DNA of 64,000 nucleotides from an uncultured Corynebacterium sp. (GCF_946222305.1 NZ_CAMIHZ010000006.1:17139-81138), one strand, 5' to 3'. Numbered from the stretch's first letter, positions 41,864 to 53,170 are shown. Numbers and translations: made by a program. Notes: generated from the sequence alone by a model not told the origin.

Positions 41864-42868
41864 ATGAGTTCCTCCCTACCGAAACTGGATAAGAAGGCCT
41901 ACGAAGATCAGCTGGAGAAGCTGCAGGCCGAACTAGTCGAGATGCAGCAGTGGGTCGTGGAGACCGGCGCCCGCATCGTGATCGTTATGGAGGGACGTGA
42001 CGCAGCCGGTAAAGGCTCGGCAATTAAGCGCATCACTCAATACCTCAACCCCCGTGTGTGCCGTATTGAGGCGTTGCCGGCGCCGAACTCCCGCGAGCAG
42101 GGGCAGTGGTACTTCCAGCGTTATATCGAGAAACTGCCCACGGCTGGAGAGATCGTCATCTTCGACCGCTCCTGGTACAACCGTGCCGGTGTGGAACGCG
42201 TGATGGGCTTCTGCACCACCCACGAATACCGCCGATTCCTGCACCAAGCACCGATCTTCGAGCGCCTGCTGGTCGAGGACGGCATTATCCTGCGCAAATA
42301 CTGGTTCAGCGTGTCCGACGAGGAGCAGGTACGCCGGTTCCAGTCCCGCCAGTCCGATCCGATGCGGCAGTGGAAGCTGTCGCCCATGGATTTGCAATCC
42401 ATTACCCGCTGGGAGGACTACTCGCGGGCAAAGGATGAGATGTTCGTCCACACCGATATTCCTTCGGCACCGTGGTACACGGTGGAATCCGAGGACAAGA
42501 AGCGCTCGCGCATCAACGTGATTTCCCACCTGCTCAGCACCATTCCGTGGGAGTACGTGGAGAAGAGCATTCCGAAGATCCCCGAGCGGCCGGAGTCCAC
42601 CTCGAACTACGAACGCCCACCGCGCACGATGTTCCGCTATGTGCCGGATGTGGCTGCGGAGTTGGAAAAGGATCGTGTGAAGGCCCGTGAGGATGCTGCC
42701 GCGGCTTTGAAGAACGATGACGAAGACGACAAGCCGAAGAAGGCCAAGAAGTCTGCAAAGAAATCGTCGAAGAAATCGAAGAAGGCCACGAAGAAGTCCT
42801 CGAGTAAGGCGACTAAGAAGTCGGGCAAGGTTGCTAAGAAGTCTGGAAAGTCAGTCAAGTCCAGCTAG
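41864..42868 (+). CDS. ppk2: Polyphosphate kinase 2 (PPK2) with a Lys/Ser-rich C-terminal tail
   Basis: PPK2 Walker A (MEGRDAAGKGS) and lid motifs. C-terminal ~60 aa of KKAKKSAKKSSKKSKK repeats. Confidence 0.85.
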   Translation: MSSSLPKLDKKAYEDQLEKLQAELVEMQQWVVETGARIVIVMEGRDAAGKGSAIKRITQYLNPRVCRIEALPAPNSREQGQWYFQRYIEKLPTAGEIVIFDRSWYNRAGVERVMGFCTTHEYRRFLHQAPIFERLLVEDGIILRKYWFSVSDEEQVRRFQSRQSDPMRQWKLSPMDLQSITRWEDYSRAKDEMFVHTDIPSAPWYTVESEDKKRSRINVISHLLSTIPWEYVEKSIPKIPERPESTSNYERPPRTMFRYVPDVAAELEKDRVKAREDAAAALKNDDEDDKPKKAKKSAKKSSKKSKKATKKSSSKATKKSGKVAKKSGKSVKSS

Positions 42869-42928
42869 CAGTACAGCTAGCTCCAGCCGAGGGGGTAAGT
42901 CGCCACGGCCGGCGGTGTTCATGAGAAT

Positions 42929-43987
42929 ATGGAGCTTATGAGTACCGCCGATGTCATCATAACTAGGGTGGAGGGCAACACCGCGATCGTCGAACTCGAT
43001 CGCCCCAAAGCCCTCAACGCGCTGGATCACACCATGATCCTCGCGCTCCACGACGCTTTTAGCCAGTACGAATCCGACGATACCGTCGGCCAGTACATCA
43101 TCTGCTCTTCGTCGCCACGAGCGTATTGCGCAGGCGGCGACGTGCGCTGGGTGCGCGAGCAAGACTTGGCAGATAACCACGCCGCCGGTGACCGTTACTT
43201 CGCCGATGAGTACGAGCTGAACTACCGCCTTGCGAACTTCCCCAAGCCGGTTGCGGCAATCATGGAGGGGTTTGTCATGGGAGGCGGCATGGGAATCTCC
43301 ATGCACGGCTCGCATCGAATTGTCACCCCCACCACGGCAGCGGCCATGCCGGAGATGCACATTGGCTTCGTCCCCGACGTCGGCATTAGCCACGTGCTGA
43401 CCCACATGGATGCCGCTAACCCCGTTGCCATGGGTGTATTCGCCGGAACCACAGGCTGGCGCATGAACGCCGCTGACATGGTAGCCACAGGCCTGGGCAC
43501 CAACCTCATCGCTGATCCAGAGGCCTTCAAGGAAAGTGTCCGCACCGAAGATTTCGTTGAGGCCCTCGACAAGCACTCCACCAGCCCGGAAGCACTCGAC
43601 CTGCAGCCTACCGGCATGATCACCTATGCCGAATGGATCTCTGATGTTTTCTCGGGTGATTCTTGGCTGGAGATTGAACGCCGTCTCAATAAGTTCTCTA
43701 CCTCCGACGCCGACCTGGACGACTTCGTCAAGCACGTGAAGTACCAGATTGAAGCCTGCAACCCGACCAGCCTGGTGTCTTGCGTGGAGTTGTTCCGCCG
43801 CGCCGCCGAGGTGGATCTGCGCACGGCTTTGGACAATGAACTCGCCGTCGGTAGCGCCCTGCGCCGCGAGCCGAACTTCGCCGAGGGAGTGCGGGCAGTC
43901 CTCATCGACAAGGACCGCACCCCGAAGTTCTCCCCGGACAACGCGGCAGACGTCGATGTGGAAAAGTGGCGCGCTCTGCTGAAGTAG
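42929..43987 (+). CDS. Enoyl-CoA hydratase/isomerase-family protein, 3-hydroxyisobutyryl-CoA hydrolase-like
   Basis: Crotonase fold (AYCAGGDV ... EGFVMGGGMG). The ~350 aa length and C-terminal extension are typical of HIBCH. Confidence 0.8.
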   Translation: MELMSTADVIITRVEGNTAIVELDRPKALNALDHTMILALHDAFSQYESDDTVGQYIICSSSPRAYCAGGDVRWVREQDLADNHAAGDRYFADEYELNYRLANFPKPVAAIMEGFVMGGGMGISMHGSHRIVTPTTAAAMPEMHIGFVPDVGISHVLTHMDAANPVAMGVFAGTTGWRMNAADMVATGLGTNLIADPEAFKESVRTEDFVEALDKHSTSPEALDLQPTGMITYAEWISDVFSGDSWLEIERRLNKFSTSDADLDDFVKHVKYQIEACNPTSLVSCVELFRRAAEVDLRTALDNELAVGSALRREPNFAEGVRAVLIDKDRTPKFSPDNAADVDVEKWRALLK

Positions 43988-44053
43988 AGCACCAAGAGAA
44001 ACAGTAGTTAGGGGGGGGGACTCTCTCCGGGGGCGAGCAGATGCCTCGCTGGC

Positions 44054-44761
44054 TCATACAGATGTGCGCTGTACCCGCAGCCACGTGGCAAAGCCCCACA
44101 TCACAAACAAGCCGTACACCACGTACAGCGCCGCGCTGGGGTAGTAGCCCGCCATAAGCAACAGTGGCACACCTACAATGTCCACTGCAATCCAGATCAG
44201 CCAGAACTCAGTCCAGCCGCGAGCCATGCCAAACGTCGCCAGCATGGAGCCGACAAAGATCCACGCATCGGCCCATGGCCCCCACGAACCCAGGGCGTCA
44301 AAAATCAAAGCGCACACCACCGTGCCCAGCACTGCGACCGCAAGCATTCCGATGCGCTGCTTTCCCGTAGCCCACTTGGGTTGCACTGCAGTCGTATCCT
44401 CATGCGGTTCGGAGACAATGGAACGGCTGGGATCAGTGTGATCGGGTTCCTGCATGCCGGTCTTGCGCGCTTTGGACCAGCGCCACCAGCCGTAGACGGA
44501 AACGATGAGGAACATTACCTGGCGACCGGCCTGGCCGTAGAGATCCAAATCCTGCGGGGTGTGGAACAGCCCGCCCAAAAACACGGTGAACAGCAACAGG
44601 TTGCCGATGATGCCCACCGGCCACGCCCACACCACGCGGCGCATCCCGCCGACCGCGGAGGCCAAGCCAAAAAGGTTGCCGATGACCTCGCGCACCAAAA
44701 TCGGCGCCCCCGCGATCGTCCACGTGGCGTTGAGCAAGTTGGTGAGCACGGAATCGGTCAT
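44054..44761 (-). CDS. pnuC: Nicotinamide riboside transporter PnuC family
   Basis: 235 aa, 7-8 TM helices, and PnuC-type conserved W/G-rich helices. Confidence 0.7.
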   Translation of the reverse strand: MTDSVLTNLLNATWTIAGAPILVREVIGNLFGLASAVGGMRRVVWAWPVGIIGNLLLFTVFLGGLFHTPQDLDLYGQAGRQVMFLIVSVYGWWRWSKARKTGMQEPDHTDPSRSIVSEPHEDTTAVQPKWATGKQRIGMLAVAVLGTVVCALIFDALGSWGPWADAWIFVGSMLATFGMARGWTEFWLIWIAVDIVGVPLLLMAGYYPSAALYVVYGLFVMWGFATWLRVQRTSV

Positions 44762-44834
44762 CGGAAAATTCTCAAGCTTTCTAGGGAGCAGGTCGGTGGT
44801 TCGGCTGCGAAGCTAGGGCGGGGACTAGGTGGCG

Positions 44835-45539
44835 TCAGGATAAAGAAAACCCCGACTGCAGCAACCGGTAACTTTCAGTCACCATGTCCTCGGGCGTGCG
44901 ATCGCCGGCAAGGAGGGGATCTTGCGACAGCTCCCACACCGAGTGGCACACCATTAACAGCGTTTGCACCAGCATCGTGGCCGTGAACATGTCCACTCGA
45001 TTGTCGTAGTACCGACGAATGGCGTTCACTAGCGGCACCAAGAAGCGTTTGCCAGCGTGGCATTGTGCGGGCGTATTGGTGGCCGCGCGGGCATCTCGGG
45101 TGATCATATCTTCGAGGATGTCCAAATCCAGCCCGAGGATCACGCTCGCCAGTCGGCCGATGGCGGACATGCTGTACAGCTCGTCATTCGGATTGTTGTA
45201 GAACCGCAGAGTCAGCGATTGCGCCAGTTCCAAGGGCTCGAGCCCGGCATCGGTGGTTTCTACCTCGCCACACAGCCAATCCATCATGGAGTGCAGGAAA
45301 TCCATCACCGCTGCTTCCCGGTGGGGGAAGTAGTTGTGGAATGTGCGCTGGGACACTCCGGCGCGCTCGCAGATGCTGGTGATCGTTGCCAGATCTACAC
45401 CTTGTTCCAAGATCATTTCCACGGTGGCGCGGGTGATCGCATGCCGCGTTTCAGCCTTCTTCCGGTCGCGCAGGCTCAACCCCTCCACGGCCGAGGTCGC
45501 CGTGGGGCGGTGTTGTGGAGAAGGGGAGGCATTCATCAC
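44835..45539 (-). CDS. TetR/AcrR-family transcriptional regulator
   Basis: N-terminal HTH (TRHAITRATVEMILEQGVDLATITSICERAGVSQRTFHNYF). Its stop overlaps the upstream MMPL gene (ATGA-type coupling). Confidence 0.8.
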   Translation of the reverse strand: MMNASPSPQHRPTATSAVEGLSLRDRKKAETRHAITRATVEMILEQGVDLATITSICERAGVSQRTFHNYFPHREAAVMDFLHSMMDWLCGEVETTDAGLEPLELAQSLTLRFYNNPNDELYSMSAIGRLASVILGLDLDILEDMITRDARAATNTPAQCHAGKRFLVPLVNAIRRYYDNRVDMFTATMLVQTLLMVCHSVWELSQDPLLAGDRTPEDMVTESYRLLQSGFSLS

Positions 45540-47941
45540 TTACTCACTTTAGAAACCGACGCCCCATTGGATTCCTTCGAGGTCTCGAAATCGGGTTGCA
45601 GTCCCTGCAGGCTCTCGCCCTCAACGTCCACCTTGGGCAGGATGCGGTCTAGCCACTTCGGCAGCTTCCAGGCGCGTTCGTCCAGTAGGTACATCACAGC
45701 CGGAATCAATGTCATGCGGACAATGAACGCATCGATGAGCACGGCGGCAGCCAAGGCAAAGCCCATGACCTTAATGAATGGTTCGTCGAGCAACATGAAG
45801 GCGGAGAACACCGAGATCATGATCAGTGCGGCGGCGGTGACCACGCGGGCACCGTGCTTGTAGCCGTTGGAGACCGCGTTGCCCGGAGTTTTGCCGTGCG
45901 CCCAGCCTTCGCGCATGCGGGTGACGAGGAAGACCTGGTAATCCATCGCCAGGCCGAAGACGATACCGATGAGCATGATCGGCAGGAAGGAAATAATTGG
46001 CTGAGGATCGTTGATGATGCCGCCCCAGCCCAGCTGCCACAAGGCAACTGTCACACCGAAGGTGGCGGCGACGGACAATCCGAAGCCCAAGGCCGCGACC
46101 AGTGGCACCCAAATGGAACGGAAGACGACCATGAGTAGCAGGAAAGCCAGCAGAATCACGATGCCGACATAGGGCAGGAGGGCATCGGAGAGGCGCTGGG
46201 AGATGTCCTCGTACATCGGTGTGACGCCCGTGATGCGGTAGCTGGCGCCGGTGTCTGCGGAGAACTTGCCCTCAGCGTCGCGCATCGCTGCCAGCACATC
46301 AGCTGCACGCGCATCTGTCGCCCCATAGGACGGGGTGATCATCAGCTGGGCTGCGTCACCGAGATCGCGGGGGTCTTTCTGGTTGCCGTTGGTGGCGACG
46401 ACCTGGACATTGTCCACGCCTTCGACCCCACCGATGGTCTTCACAGCTTCGGCGGTGGCCTTCGCGCGCTGAGCCTTATCGACATCCTTGTAGTCCAGCA
46501 ACGCGATCATTGGCGCATTGCGGCCAGGGCCGAAAGCTTCGTCGGTCATCTCGTAAGCGGTTCGCGTGGGGGACCCCAGTTTGGTGGAGCCATCGTTGGG
46601 CATTGCCAAGCGCAGCTGCGCTGCGGGAATTGCCAGCAGAGCCAGAACCACTACGCCTGCGATTAGGAATAGCGCGGGGCGCTTGCGGATCGTGCGTGCC
46701 CATTTCAGGCCCATCGTGGGCTTGTCGTTTTCTGGATCCGGCGCTTTCACCAGGGGTGCACGGCCGGCGAATACCTTGGTGCCGATGGCACCGATGATGG
46801 CGGGCAGCAAGGTGATGGACACGATCACGGCGATCGCCACCGTGCCCGCGGCGGCCAGTGCCATGGCCGTCAGGAACGGAATGTTGATAATGGTCAGCGC
46901 TGCCAGTGCGATCAGCACCGTGAGGCCGGCGAATAGCACAGCCGAACCGGCCTTACCCACGGCTAATCCGGCCAGGTGAGCGCGCTCGCGGAAGCTGATG
47001 GTCTTGAGCTTTTGGGCGAGGTCCTTGGGCTCCATATTGGAACCATCCACGTGAGCGATGAGCTCATTGCGGAATCGAGCCAGGATAAACAGGGCGTAGT
47101 CGATGCCCACGGCCAAGCCGATCATGGACGCCAGGGTTGGGGTCATGTTGTTGATGTTGTCGCTGAAGCGAGTTGCAGCGAACACTAGCGCGATGCCGGT
47201 TCCCACCCCCGTCACTGCGGTGACCAAGGGAAGGCCAGCAGCCACGAAAGACCCGAACGTGATGATCAGCACGACGGCGGCCACAGCCATACCGATCAAT
47301 TCGGACGTGCCGTCCATTTCACCGCCGGCCTGGAAAGCATTACCGGACCAGCCAACCTTTAGATCGCCCTTGTTGTTTTCGACGACCTGGCTGAACTTGT
47401 CCTTGTCGGCAGCATCGATGTCCATGGCCTTGTCGGCGTCGAAAGCGACATCAATCTGGCCGGTGGTCTTGTCCTTGCTCAGCGGGCTGAGTGCCTGCAG
47501 ATCTTCTGCGATCTGCTGCTTTGGCATACCTTGGGCGGCCTTAGCCTTGCCCATTTGCGCTTCCAGGCCATTGGCGGCCAGAACAGGGGAGACGATCTTG
47601 TCCTTATCGGTGAGGTAGTCCTCGCCCTGTAGAGCCTTGGTCAGGGCGTCCACTTCGGCTGCTACGTCTTTATCCGCCAGGGTCTTGCCCTCTGGTGCCT
47701 GGATGACGAGTTTGCCGGTAGGGGCCTCGAGCTGATCTTGTTCCTGGGTGTTGAAACGCGACTTGAGTTCATTTTGCGTTTCCACCGATTCAAGACCGGG
47801 AATGCTAAACGATGTGCTGGTTGGTTTCTGCAGGGTTGCTGCAGCCACGCCCACCCCGATGAGGATGAGCAGCCATAGCGCCAACACTTTCCAGCGGTTG
47901 GCGTAGGCTCCGCGGCCTAACTTGTAGAGGAATTTTGCCAT
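45536..47941 (-). CDS. MMPL-family RND transporter
   Basis: 801 aa with 12 TM helices and two periplasmic loops; MMPL architecture. Confidence 0.85.
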   Translation of the reverse strand: MAKFLYKLGRGAYANRWKVLALWLLILIGVGVAAATLQKPTSTSFSIPGLESVETQNELKSRFNTQEQDQLEAPTGKLVIQAPEGKTLADKDVAAEVDALTKALQGEDYLTDKDKIVSPVLAANGLEAQMGKAKAAQGMPKQQIAEDLQALSPLSKDKTTGQIDVAFDADKAMDIDAADKDKFSQVVENNKGDLKVGWSGNAFQAGGEMDGTSELIGMAVAAVVLIITFGSFVAAGLPLVTAVTGVGTGIALVFAATRFSDNINNMTPTLASMIGLAVGIDYALFILARFRNELIAHVDGSNMEPKDLAQKLKTISFRERAHLAGLAVGKAGSAVLFAGLTVLIALAALTIINIPFLTAMALAAAGTVAIAVIVSITLLPAIIGAIGTKVFAGRAPLVKAPDPENDKPTMGLKWARTIRKRPALFLIAGVVVLALLAIPAAQLRLAMPNDGSTKLGSPTRTAYEMTDEAFGPGRNAPMIALLDYKDVDKAQRAKATAEAVKTIGGVEGVDNVQVVATNGNQKDPRDLGDAAQLMITPSYGATDARAADVLAAMRDAEGKFSADTGASYRITGVTPMYEDISQRLSDALLPYVGIVILLAFLLLMVVFRSIWVPLVAALGFGLSVAATFGVTVALWQLGWGGIINDPQPIISFLPIMLIGIVFGLAMDYQVFLVTRMREGWAHGKTPGNAVSNGYKHGARVVTAAALIMISVFSAFMLLDEPFIKVMGFALAAAVLIDAFIVRMTLIPAVMYLLDERAWKLPKWLDRILPKVDVEGESLQGLQPDFETSKESNGASVSKVSK

Positions 47942-48048
47942 GAGGGCAGGTTCTCCTTGCGAGACGACATGGGAAAGCCCGGAATCATCCGGGGAACAAC
48001 ATTCGCAAGCTTACCTACCCTGTGCAATTTTGCACAACGGGTGCAAGA

Positions 48049-48720
48049 TTATTTTTTTGTGTGAATTTCGTGCTGCGCCTTTTGTAGGCCAGATGTCACC
48101 AACAACTCAACAGCCCGTACCGATTCTTCAATGAGCGCATCTGTTCTGGGACCGCTCTCAATAGGGGACAGGACGTGCTCGATCACAGTTTGACCCTGCG
48201 CAGGCCGACCAATCCCCATCCGCACACGCAGGTAGTCCCGGGTCCCCAACTCCGCGGTGGTGGATTTCAATCCATTGTGGCCATTTTCATTTCCCCCTTG
48301 CTTCACCCGCACCCGGCCGTGCGGGATGTCGAGCTCATCGTGCATCACGATGATCTTCTCCGGTGGGACCCCGTAGTATTCGGCGGCTGCCTTGATCGCT
48401 TCCCCAGATTCGTTCATGAAGGTATTGGAACGAATGATCGCGAGCGGATGCGCCCCCAGTTGCACCCTTGCTTCGGTGAATGGCTGTCCTTGGACGGGCC
48501 TCAAATAATCGAGTGGGCAGGCATCGGTATTCAATCGTTCGAATAGCAGGTTTGAAGCCATGTAGCCCACGTTGTGACGGGTTGTTGCATACTTCGCACC
48601 CGGGTTGCCGAGGCCGATGATGATCCACTCTGGCGGGGGTTTTCGGACTTCTTGGGTCGACGCCACGCGCTGCCCATTAAATAGCTTGCTGAATAGGCCC
48701 TTGATGCTCATTTCATACAT
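48049..48720 (-). CDS. pth: Peptidyl-tRNA hydrolase (paralog 1)
   Basis: IIGLGNPGAKYATTRHNVGY and HDELD motifs. Confidence 0.85.
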   Translation of the reverse strand: MYEMSIKGLFSKLFNGQRVASTQEVRKPPPEWIIIGLGNPGAKYATTRHNVGYMASNLLFERLNTDACPLDYLRPVQGQPFTEARVQLGAHPLAIIRSNTFMNESGEAIKAAAEYYGVPPEKIIVMHDELDIPHGRVRVKQGGNENGHNGLKSTTAELGTRDYLRVRMGIGRPAQGQTVIEHVLSPIESGPRTDALIEESVRAVELLVTSGLQKAQHEIHTKK

Positions 48721-48841
48721 GTTAGTGCCGAAAGTCCCTAGATAGCAGGGAACCCCACCTGCTTAGGGCGTTAATTTTGTGTAAAGCAGATGAGGTTCTG
48801 AAATGCTCCTGACCAGCACAAGGCGCGGGTCTAGGTGGATT

Positions 48842-51067
48842 TTATGCGCGCTCCCAAACGCGGTGGTTTTCCATCAGTGGAACCAAAGCATCCACACCGG
48901 CCTTGGCGTCGGAGACAAACTCCACACCGGCTGGAGTGTCGTCCACTAGCTTGCGCAGAGCGTGCTGACCGTCAGCGGGCTTGACGTCCTCCAATACGGC
49001 GATGGCCTTGAAGTGCTGCGTCAGCTCCTCGATCAGAGTGTTGGTCTCCGGGGTGTCTGGCAGGCTGATCACAATCGCGGCATCGAATTCAATCGAACGG
49101 GCTGCCGTGTAGGTGCGGGACACGGGGATGTCCTTGCCCTCGGAATCATCGGCAGACAATGTGCCACCGGTGGTGGCGGTGACGAGGGGCGTCATCCCCG
49201 CATCAACAATCGCCTGCACCGCAGGCTGGATGGCCTCAGCTGGGGTGGTGTCATCGGCCAGGATGGCAACCTTACGGCCATCGACTGGGTAGGTCTTGCC
49301 CAGCTGAGACAGTGCAGCGCTGGTGTCCACGGAGCCGACTTCAGCTGGAGCGTCCGCGGAAACCTGCAGACCCAAGCCCTCGGCAACAGCATCCGCGAGT
49401 CCGCGGTCCACGCGAGCTAGCACATCCACGGCGCGTTGGCGGATCGGAGTTTCGTAGCACTTGCTCAGCTCGAATGTGTAGGCACTGATGACGTGCTGCT
49501 GCTCAGTCTCGGTCAGGCTGCGGTAGAACATTGCCGGCTGAGAGTAGTGATCCTCGAAGCTGACCGGCTTACGACGCGTCTGCGTGGACTTGGCAACAAC
49601 AACCTCGGGATCAACGAAAGCACCGATGCCGTCTTCAGCGCGAGTGAACTTCTCCTCGGCTGGCAGCGGGTTATTAGCCTCCAACGAGTTCGGGCGGTAG
49701 GCGGTCTTGCCCGCGTGGATCGCCTGCTGAGCACGGCCATCACGCTGGTTGTCGTTGACCTCCGCGCGTGGGCGGTTGATCGGCAGTTGGCCGTGGTTCG
49801 GTCCACCCAAGCGGTTGAGCTGCGTGTCCGAGTAGGAGAACAAACGACCCTGCAGCAATGGATCAGCAGTGACATTAATGCCTGGGGGCAAGACTCCTGG
49901 GTGGAAGGTTGCTTGTTCAGTCTCCGCGAAGTAGTTGGTGGGGTTCGCGTTCAACGTCATTGTGCCGATGATCGTGACAGGAGCGAGCTCCTCTGGAACC
50001 AGCTTGGTTGGATCCAGTAGGTCGATGCCCTCGAACATCTCGTCTTCAGTGTCCTCAAACACCTGAACACCCAAGTCCCACTCAGGGTATGCGCCGGCCT
50101 TAATGGCGTCGGAAAGATCCCGGCGATGGAAGTCAGGGTCGAAACCACCGGTCAACTGGGCTTCCTCCCACACCAGGGAGTGCACGCCCAAGCGTGGTTT
50201 CCAGTGGAACTTGACCAGGTGGGTCTTGCCGTCTTGGTTGGTGACGCGGAAGGTGTGAACACCGAAACCTTCCATCATGCGGAAGGAACGAGGGATGCCA
50301 CGATCGGACATGTTCCACATGGTGTGGTGGGTGGCCTCCGTGTGGAGAGTCACGAAATCCCAGAAAGTATCGTGCGCACTTTGAGCCTGAGGAATCTCCA
50401 GGTCGGGCTCCGGCTTCACGGAGTGAACAACATCTGGGAACTTTATGCCGTCCTGGATGAAGAACACGGGGATGTTGTTGCCCACCAAGTCCCAATTGCC
50501 TTCGGCGGTGTAGAACTTCGTGGCGAAACCGCGCGTATCGCGAGCGGTATCCATGGATCCACGGAAACCGGCGACGGTGGAGAAACGCACGAAAACTGGG
50601 GTTTCCTCGCCCTTGTCGAATACCTTCGCACGGCAAATTTCAGCACCCTTACCGTTGGCGACGAAAGTGCCGTGGGCGCCGGCACCGCGGGCGTGGACTA
50701 CGCGCTCCGGGATGCGTTCGTGGTCGAAATGCTGCAGCTTATCGCGCAGCTGGTGGTCCTGGATCAGAACCGGGCCACGCTCACCGGCGCGCAAGGAGTG
50801 ATCGGCGGTAGTGATGCGAGCGCCCTGGCTGTTTGTTAGGTAACGGCCCTGCTGATGACGTGGATCTGGATCACCTGCACCGATGTGGAATGGGCAACCG
50901 GTAGCGCTGCGAGGCTCTGGGGTTCCTTGGTCGGGGTTGGGCTTTGGTGGATCAACCGGAGTGGTGGGTTCCTGAACTTCAGGGGTGTGGCTGGAAGGCG
51001 ACGGCGCAATTCCCGTCGTGTCGACATTCTTGTCGTTGTCCTTCGGTGATGGTGTGGTGGAGCTCAT
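48842..51067 (-). CDS. katE: Large-subunit (HPII/KatE-type) catalase with a C-terminal DJ-1/PfpI-like domain
   Basis: Catalase core ([22 protein letters not shown]) and a ~150-aa C-terminal extension. Start chosen at ATG 51067 with a GAGGAG RBS. The longer ORF track begins at TTG 51085. Confidence 0.85.
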   Translation of the reverse strand: MSSTTPSPKDNDKNVDTTGIAPSPSSHTPEVQEPTTPVDPPKPNPDQGTPEPRSATGCPFHIGAGDPDPRHQQGRYLTNSQGARITTADHSLRAGERGPVLIQDHQLRDKLQHFDHERIPERVVHARGAGAHGTFVANGKGAEICRAKVFDKGEETPVFVRFSTVAGFRGSMDTARDTRGFATKFYTAEGNWDLVGNNIPVFFIQDGIKFPDVVHSVKPEPDLEIPQAQSAHDTFWDFVTLHTEATHHTMWNMSDRGIPRSFRMMEGFGVHTFRVTNQDGKTHLVKFHWKPRLGVHSLVWEEAQLTGGFDPDFHRRDLSDAIKAGAYPEWDLGVQVFEDTEDEMFEGIDLLDPTKLVPEELAPVTIIGTMTLNANPTNYFAETEQATFHPGVLPPGINVTADPLLQGRLFSYSDTQLNRLGGPNHGQLPINRPRAEVNDNQRDGRAQQAIHAGKTAYRPNSLEANNPLPAEEKFTRAEDGIGAFVDPEVVVAKSTQTRRKPVSFEDHYSQPAMFYRSLTETEQQHVISAYTFELSKCYETPIRQRAVDVLARVDRGLADAVAEGLGLQVSADAPAEVGSVDTSAALSQLGKTYPVDGRKVAILADDTTPAEAIQPAVQAIVDAGMTPLVTATTGGTLSADDSEGKDIPVSRTYTAARSIEFDAAIVISLPDTPETNTLIEELTQHFKAIAVLEDVKPADGQHALRKLVDDTPAGVEFVSDAKAGVDALVPLMENHRVWERA

Positions 51068-51353
51068 CAGAGTCTCACTCCTCAATGAGGTATCGGTGAT
51101 AAATGCGGTGACGTTGTGGTGGCGGGGTGCGCGAATCGTGAGTCATGACTCGCGACACACGCGCCTGCCCGACGTTAGTTCTCGACGGTACCGACTCCTA
51201 CACGGCGCGACAACAAGTTCTTTCGCCCTACACCCGCGAAAAATTAGTGGGGCGCAACCACCATCGAGCAGTGCATTTGCTATTTCCTCATCGCTGGAGG
51301 ACCACCGGGGCCAAAACCTTACGAGCTCCTGGTGGGTTAAGCTACGCGTCTTA

Positions 51354-53009
51354 TTAGTCCGCTACCAGCGTGTGCAGCTCGAATTCGGGGTGTTCCTTCT
51401 CGATGAATGCCAGCTTCCACTTATCGCCGAACAGTGCAATGAGCTCACCATCGGTGCGCGTGAAAATCTCCACGCCGCGTTGCTTGGCCAATTCCGGCGC
51501 GGTCTCGGGGGTGGTTCGGCGAGCGACGGAGTAAGGGATTGGTTCCGTGACCGTCTCCACGTTGTACTCGTTTTCCATGCGCGCCTGCATAACCTCGAAC
51601 TGCATTGGGCCCACCGCTGCCATCACAGGTGCGGCATCGCCGCGAGCGTCGTTACGCAGAATCTGCACCACGCCCTCGGAATCGAGCTGCTCTAGTGCCT
51701 TGCGGAACTGCTTGTACTTGCCCAAGGACTTGGCACGCAGGGTACGGAAGTGCTCCGGGGCGAACTGAGGCATCGGAGGGAATTGCACCTTCTTGCCCGC
51801 GTAAATCGTGTCACCGGGGGCCAGGGAACCCGCGTTAACCAGGCCCACAATGTCACCGGGGAACGCCGATTCCACCGTCGAACGCGTGCGACCGAACACC
51901 GTCAACGCGTATTTCGTCGAGAAGCTGCGGCCGGACTGCGCATGGCTGACCTGCATGCCTCGCTCAAATTCGCCGGAGACCACGCGCATGAACGCCAACG
52001 AATCGCGGTGGTTGCGGTCCATGCCAGCCTGCACCTTGAACACCACGCCAGCGAACTCGTCATCCGTCTCGCGGAACTCAGCGATAGCTGCAGAATTACC
52101 ACCGGCAGCCGCTTCCAGGGCCTTCTTGTCGCTGGCTCGGCCTTGTGGTGCCGGGGCGAGCTCGCACAGAGTATCCAGAATTTGGTGGACGCCGAAGTTC
52201 AGCATTGCCGAGGCGAAAATCAATGGCGAAGTGGTGCACTCAAGGAATAATTCCCGGTCGTGAATCGCTCCGTCGGCAGCCAACAGCTCCGCTTCCTCGG
52301 CTGCGGTTTCCCACACGTCCTCCTCACGCTCCAAGGCTTGCTCAGGCGTGTAGTGCTCCTCGGGTGCAATGGTGGAGCCGCCAGAGGTGCGTTCGAAGTG
52401 GATGTACTCTTCGGCCTCGCCGTCTTCGTTAATGCGGGCTAGGCCCCGGAAGTCACCGGCTTCACCCACCGGCCAGAACAGGGGAGTGGGCTGCAGCTGA
52501 ATCTCGTTAACAATTTCATCGACGAGTTCCAGCGGAGTTCTACCCGGGCGGTCCCACTTGTTGACGACGGTGACGATGGGCAAACCGCGTGCTTTACACA
52601 CACGGAAAAGTTTCAGCGTCTGCGGCTCGAGACCTTTAGCACCATCGATGAGCATGACCGCGGCGTCAACGGCCGAAAGAACACGATAGGTGTCCTCCGA
52701 AAAGTCGGCGTGACCTGGAGTATCGACCAGGTTAATCATGTAGGGCTCGCCCTCGTGGCCCTCGGGGGCGTATTCGAACTGCAGGGCCGAGGACGCGATA
52801 GAAATACCGCGGTCTTTTTCCATGTCCATCCAGTCGGAGACAGTGGACTTACGGCCGGCCTTGCCGTGGACGGCGCCGGCTTCATTGATGATGTGCGCGT
52901 GCAGCGCCAGCGCTTCGGTGAGCGTGGACTTACCGGCATCCGGGTGAGCGATGACGGCGAAGGTTCTACGCCGCGTGGCTTCGGATTGGATGGTGCTGGT
53001 ATCGCTCAT
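51354..53009 (-). CDS. prfC: Peptide chain release factor 3 (translational GTPase)
   Basis: G1 AHPDAGKST, G3 DTPGH, G4 NKWD; 551 aa. Confidence 0.9.
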   Translation of the reverse strand: MSDTSTIQSEATRRRTFAVIAHPDAGKSTLTEALALHAHIINEAGAVHGKAGRKSTVSDWMDMEKDRGISIASSALQFEYAPEGHEGEPYMINLVDTPGHADFSEDTYRVLSAVDAAVMLIDGAKGLEPQTLKLFRVCKARGLPIVTVVNKWDRPGRTPLELVDEIVNEIQLQPTPLFWPVGEAGDFRGLARINEDGEAEEYIHFERTSGGSTIAPEEHYTPEQALEREEDVWETAAEEAELLAADGAIHDRELFLECTTSPLIFASAMLNFGVHQILDTLCELAPAPQGRASDKKALEAAAGGNSAAIAEFRETDDEFAGVVFKVQAGMDRNHRDSLAFMRVVSGEFERGMQVSHAQSGRSFSTKYALTVFGRTRSTVESAFPGDIVGLVNAGSLAPGDTIYAGKKVQFPPMPQFAPEHFRTLRAKSLGKYKQFRKALEQLDSEGVVQILRNDARGDAAPVMAAVGPMQFEVMQARMENEYNVETVTEPIPYSVARRTTPETAPELAKQRGVEIFTRTDGELIALFGDKWKLAFIEKEHPEFELHTLVAD

Positions 53010-53170
53010 GAAAACGCTGATCCTTCAAGGTTGGGGGCGGTATTGACGCGCCCAACATGATAACCCAGCACTACCGCAGGGCTTTAATGCGTTGTCTTCA
53101 ACGCTGAAAAATCTGCGAGCTAACCGATGAGCAACTTCGCGTTCATACCGGCGCAGTGAGTCGGCGAACG

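Noticed and set aside
42851-43735. 294-aa antisense ORF opposite the HIBCH-like gene
   Set aside because: The same artefact class. The sense gene has an intact crotonase fold.
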